NCBI GenBank assembly: GCA_020249265.1
Contig: JADCGA010000008.1
Coordinates: 57,004 to 121,003 of the forward strand
Direction of reading: 5' to 3'
DNA length: 64,000 nt
Source of the DNA: Roseomonas sp.
GTDB lineage: Bacteria > Pseudomonadota > Alphaproteobacteria > Acetobacterales > Acetobacteraceae
Every line of letters starts with the position of its first letter. Position 1 is the first letter of the stretch. Below are positions 61,129 through 64,000 of this stretch, one piece after another. The notes beneath the pieces were generated by a model. The model was given only the letters and a program-made list of their open reading frames with translations. It made no database searches and had not been told where the DNA came from. The position numbers and the translations under genes were made by a program.

Positions 61129-61983
61129 TCAGCCCGCCACGGGCACAAGCCGCGTGAGGCGCGGCGGGTTTTGTTCCGACAGAAAGATACTACCATCCGG
61201 CGCCAGCCACATGCCATGCGCGCCATTCAAGACCGGGCGGCAACGGCCAATCAGCGTGCCATCCTGCGCCAGCAGGGAAAGTCGCGGCACCTGATCCGTG
61301 ACATAAAGCGTACCCCCCGGCCCCCCATGCACCGACATGGGCTTGTGATGATCCCCCCAATCGGCCAGCCATTCGCCGTCACCGGTAAAAACCTGCACGC
61401 GGTTGTTTTCGCGGTCCGCCACGGTCACGCGGCCATCGGGCAGCACCCAAACCGAATGCGGTGTGGAAAATTCGCCAGGCCCCGCGCCAGGCCGCCCCCA
61501 ATGGCCCATGGGCGTGCCATCCGCGCTGAAGCGATGCACCACCGAAGCGCCATAGCCATCCGCAACATAAATCGAACCATCCGGCCCGAAGGCGACATCG
61601 CAGGGCGCGTTAAAGGGCTCGCCCGGCTTATGCCGCTTACCGACGCCGCCGAGCCTTATGCCGTGGCGATCAAAAATGATGATTTCCTGAGCATCACGAT
61701 CGACGACAAAAACGCGGCCATCCGGATGGACCGACAGCATATGGCCATCCGCCACTTCCTCTCCGCCCCAGGCGGCGATGCGCTTGCCATCGGGCGCCAG
61801 CACCACTACGGCGGGGCCGGCGGCGCCCGCATAAGGGTCTTGCCGCAATTGGCAATAGACATTGCCTTCCGCATCACAGGCAACATCAGAAGGCGCGCCC
61901 ACCCCCATCGGCACATCGCCCCAGGGGCGTTCGATGCGATAGAGCGTCTCGGCAAGGCGCACATGCAATGAATGGCGGGTCAT
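61129..61983 (-). CDS. NHL-repeat beta-propeller (PAL-like) protein
   Basis: FNAPCDVAF, YVADGYG, FSTPHSV, VADRENNRVQVF. Confidence 0.85.
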   Translation of the reverse strand: MTRHSLHVRLAETLYRIERPWGDVPMGVGAPSDVACDAEGNVYCQLRQDPYAGAAGPAVVVLAPDGKRIAAWGGEEVADGHMLSVHPDGRVFVVDRDAQEIIIFDRHGIRLGGVGKRHKPGEPFNAPCDVAFGPDGSIYVADGYGASVVHRFSADGTPMGHWGRPGAGPGEFSTPHSVWVLPDGRVTVADRENNRVQVFTGDGEWLADWGDHHKPMSVHGGPGGTLYVTDQVPRLSLLAQDGTLIGRCRPVLNGAHGMWLAPDGSIFLSEQNPPRLTRLVPVAG

Positions 61984-62086
61984 GCTTTGCTCCCTCATGT
62001 TGTGCCATCATGCCCCAAGCACCACATTGCGTCGAATGGTGCCTTTGGGGCTTGGAAGGCCGGGCGTGACGCTTTACGTAAGGCGC

Positions 62087-62479
62087 ATGGCAAAAGACCC
62101 CCTGGTGACGCTGCAAAAACTCCGCCGCCTGGAAGCCCAGGCGGAACGGCGTGCCTTGGCCGAAAAACTGGCCGCCGAGGAAGCCGCGCGGCAAGCCCTT
62201 GCCGCCGCTGAACGGGCGCTGCGGCAGGAAAGCTCAGAAGGCCTGAACCCGCAGCTTGGTGCCTTCATCCAGAAGGCGCTGGATGATCGTGCGACGGCTC
62301 AGGAAAAACAGGAACGCGCGCGGCAGGAAACCGATCGTCAGCGACAGATTCTCGCGGATGCGCGCGCCGCTGAACGCGTGGTTGAAAAGCTCCGCGAGAA
62401 TCGCGCGGCGGAGGCAGCGCGCGAAGAAGCGCGCCGCGAACAAAACCTGATGGATGAAGCGGCGCGCAAGCCTGGGTGA
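62087..62479 (+). CDS. FliJ-like coiled-coil protein
   Basis: 130 aa, all-helical; DPLVTLQKLRR...VVEKLRE...REQNLMDE resembles FliJ. Confidence 0.45.
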   Translation: MAKDPLVTLQKLRRLEAQAERRALAEKLAAEEAARQALAAAERALRQESSEGLNPQLGAFIQKALDDRATAQEKQERARQETDRQRQILADARAAERVVEKLRENRAAEAAREEARREQNLMDEAARKPG

Positions 62480-62483
62480 AACG

Positions 62484-63266
62484 CTACCGCCCCTTGAAGA
62501 CTGGTTTGCGTTTTTCGGCAAAGGCAAGCTGCGCTTCGCGCGTATCTTCCGTGCGCGACAGCGCCGCTGTTTGCGTTTGTTCGTAGCGGTAACCTTCTGA
62601 CAGCGGCAGATATTCCGTCAGCGTGAAGCCGCGCTTGGCCGCTTCCACGGCAAGCGGCACCTTGGTCGCAATCTCCGCCGCAATACCCTGTGCGGTCGCC
62701 AGTAATTGATCCTGCGGCACACAAGCGGATGCGACATTCATGCGGTAAAGATCAGGCCCATAAAAGCGCCGCGCGGTGTAAAGCATCAACCGCGCATCGG
62801 ATTGCCCAAAATGGCGCAGCACATGGCGCACACCGCCGGCCAGGCCAACCTCAACCTCGGTCATGGACATGAAGCTGTCTCCCGCGACCACAATGATGTC
62901 ACAAACCAAGGCGAGCACGCAGCCCGCACCAATCGCCGCACCATTCACCGCGGCAATCACCGGCTTGCCGCATTCCATCACACAATCAAAGCCGGCACGC
63001 ACCAGGCGATTATGGCGTGGAAAGGCGCCTTGCCGCGTCACATCGGGCCTGTCCTTCAAATCCGCACCGGCAGAGAAATTTCGCCCCTCACCACTCAGTA
63101 CTATTGCGCGCACTTCCGGCATTTCGTGGAAGCTGTCGAAGATGCGCGTGATCTCCTCGCGAAAGGCGCTGTTCTGCGCATTCACGGGCGGGCGCGCGAT
63201 CATCACCGTTGCGACGTGATCGGTGATGCTGACCTTGAAGGATTGCAGATCAGGAAAGGGGTTCAT
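62484..63266 (-). CDS. Enoyl-CoA hydratase/isomerase family protein
   Basis: RPPVNA, FSAGADL, VIAAVNGAAIGAG, MTEVEVGL, FAEKRKPVF. Confidence 0.93.
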   Translation of the reverse strand: MNPFPDLQSFKVSITDHVATVMIARPPVNAQNSAFREEITRIFDSFHEMPEVRAIVLSGEGRNFSAGADLKDRPDVTRQGAFPRHNRLVRAGFDCVMECGKPVIAAVNGAAIGAGCVLALVCDIIVVAGDSFMSMTEVEVGLAGGVRHVLRHFGQSDARLMLYTARRFYGPDLYRMNVASACVPQDQLLATAQGIAAEIATKVPLAVEAAKRGFTLTEYLPLSEGYRYEQTQTAALSRTEDTREAQLAFAEKRKPVFKGR

Positions 63267-63316
63267 CGGTATCTCCCATGCCAGAATATCGGGGCGTCTT
63301 TAGTCAATCATACGCA

Positions 63317-64000
63317 TCAACTGATCGAAAGCCCCGTGGCCGCGACAATGCGCCGCGCCACTTCACGATCCTTCGCAATCACCGCCCGATAGGCCGCGGG
63401 TGAGGATATCACCGGGTCCGCCCCGGTCGCCTCCAGCCGCGCCTGAATGGCAGGGTCCTTCAACGCGTGATGAATGGCCGCAACAAAACGATTCTGCGCG
63501 GCTTCCGGCGTGCCGGCGGGGGCAAAACACCCTGTCCAGGACACCAGATCATAGCCGGGATAGGTCTCAGCGATGACGGGGATTTGGCGGAGGCTGGCTT
63601 GCCGTTCAGCAGCCGTGCTCGCCAACAAAGTGGTGCCGCGCTCCACGGCGGGTTTCAGGCTTGAAAAGGAAATTAGGCCAGCATCCAACCTGCCCCCTGC
63701 CAATTCGCGCGCAACATCAGCACCACCCCGATAGGGGATATGTTCCAGCTTGATGCCGGCCATCAATTGCAGCAATTCGCCCATGAAATGGCCGATATGC
63801 GCGACCCCGGGCGTGCCATAGGTGATTTCGTCGGGCCGGCGCTTGGCTTCCGCCACAAAACCCGCGAGGTCTCGCGCCGGAAAGCTCGCGCGCACGCCGA
63901 GCATATAGGGCTGCGTCGTGACCTGCACCACGGGAATAAAGGCCGTGGTGTAATCAATCGGCAGGCTGCGGCTGACCAGTGGCAATGTCGCGAAGGTAGC
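63317..64000 (-). CDS. Bug/TctC substrate-binding protein (partial, start outside window)
   Basis: YGTPGVAHIGH, EHIPYRGG, W.G.FAPAGTP; frame open to the window end. Confidence 0.9.
   Translation of the reverse strand, partial: ATFATLPLVSRSLPIDYTTAFIPVVQVTTQPYMLGVRASFPARDLAGFVAEAKRRPDEITYGTPGVAHIGHFMGELLQLMAGIKLEHIPYRGGADVARELAGGRLDAGLISFSSLKPAVERGTTLLASTAAERQASLRQIPVIAETYPGYDLVSWTGCFAPAGTPEAAQNRFVAAIHHALKDPAIQARLEATGADPVISSPAAYRAVIAKDREVARRIVAATGLSIS

Noticed and set aside
59821-61971. 716-aa plus-strand ORF
   Set aside because: Antisense shadow of ltnD, VOC and NHL genes in high-GC DNA; no recognisable motifs

Overview
GC-rich alphaproteobacterial chromosome segment. The gene content and synteny (ffh-rpsP-rimM-trmD-rplS-leuC; NrdJ-like gene beside NDUFA12-mlaD-DUF2155; four solo Bug/TctC genes) suggest a Roseomonas-like member of the Acetobacteraceae. 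This is inferred from gene content, not from a marker gene. Most of the window is housekeeping and catabolic genes, plus one tRNA-Gln(CTG), a lower-GC capsule-export (kpsMTED) block, two low-GC single-gene islets and a 103-bp palindromic repeat element. I saw no CRISPR array, rRNA, integrase or intact transposase. The strongest leads are: (1) a three-subunit nitrile-hydratase-superfamily enzyme with thiocyanate-hydrolase gene layout and a mixed substrate-pocket signature; (2) a shrunken class II ribonucleotide reductase (NrdJ) derivative that has lost its catalytic loop but keeps an intact ORF and tandem NrdR-like boxes; (3) an FtsK-gamma-like winged helix fused to a coiled coil and an HPD/J-like domain; (4) two foreign single-gene islets that are candidate defence genes. 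All family calls come from motif recognition by eye; no database searches were run.
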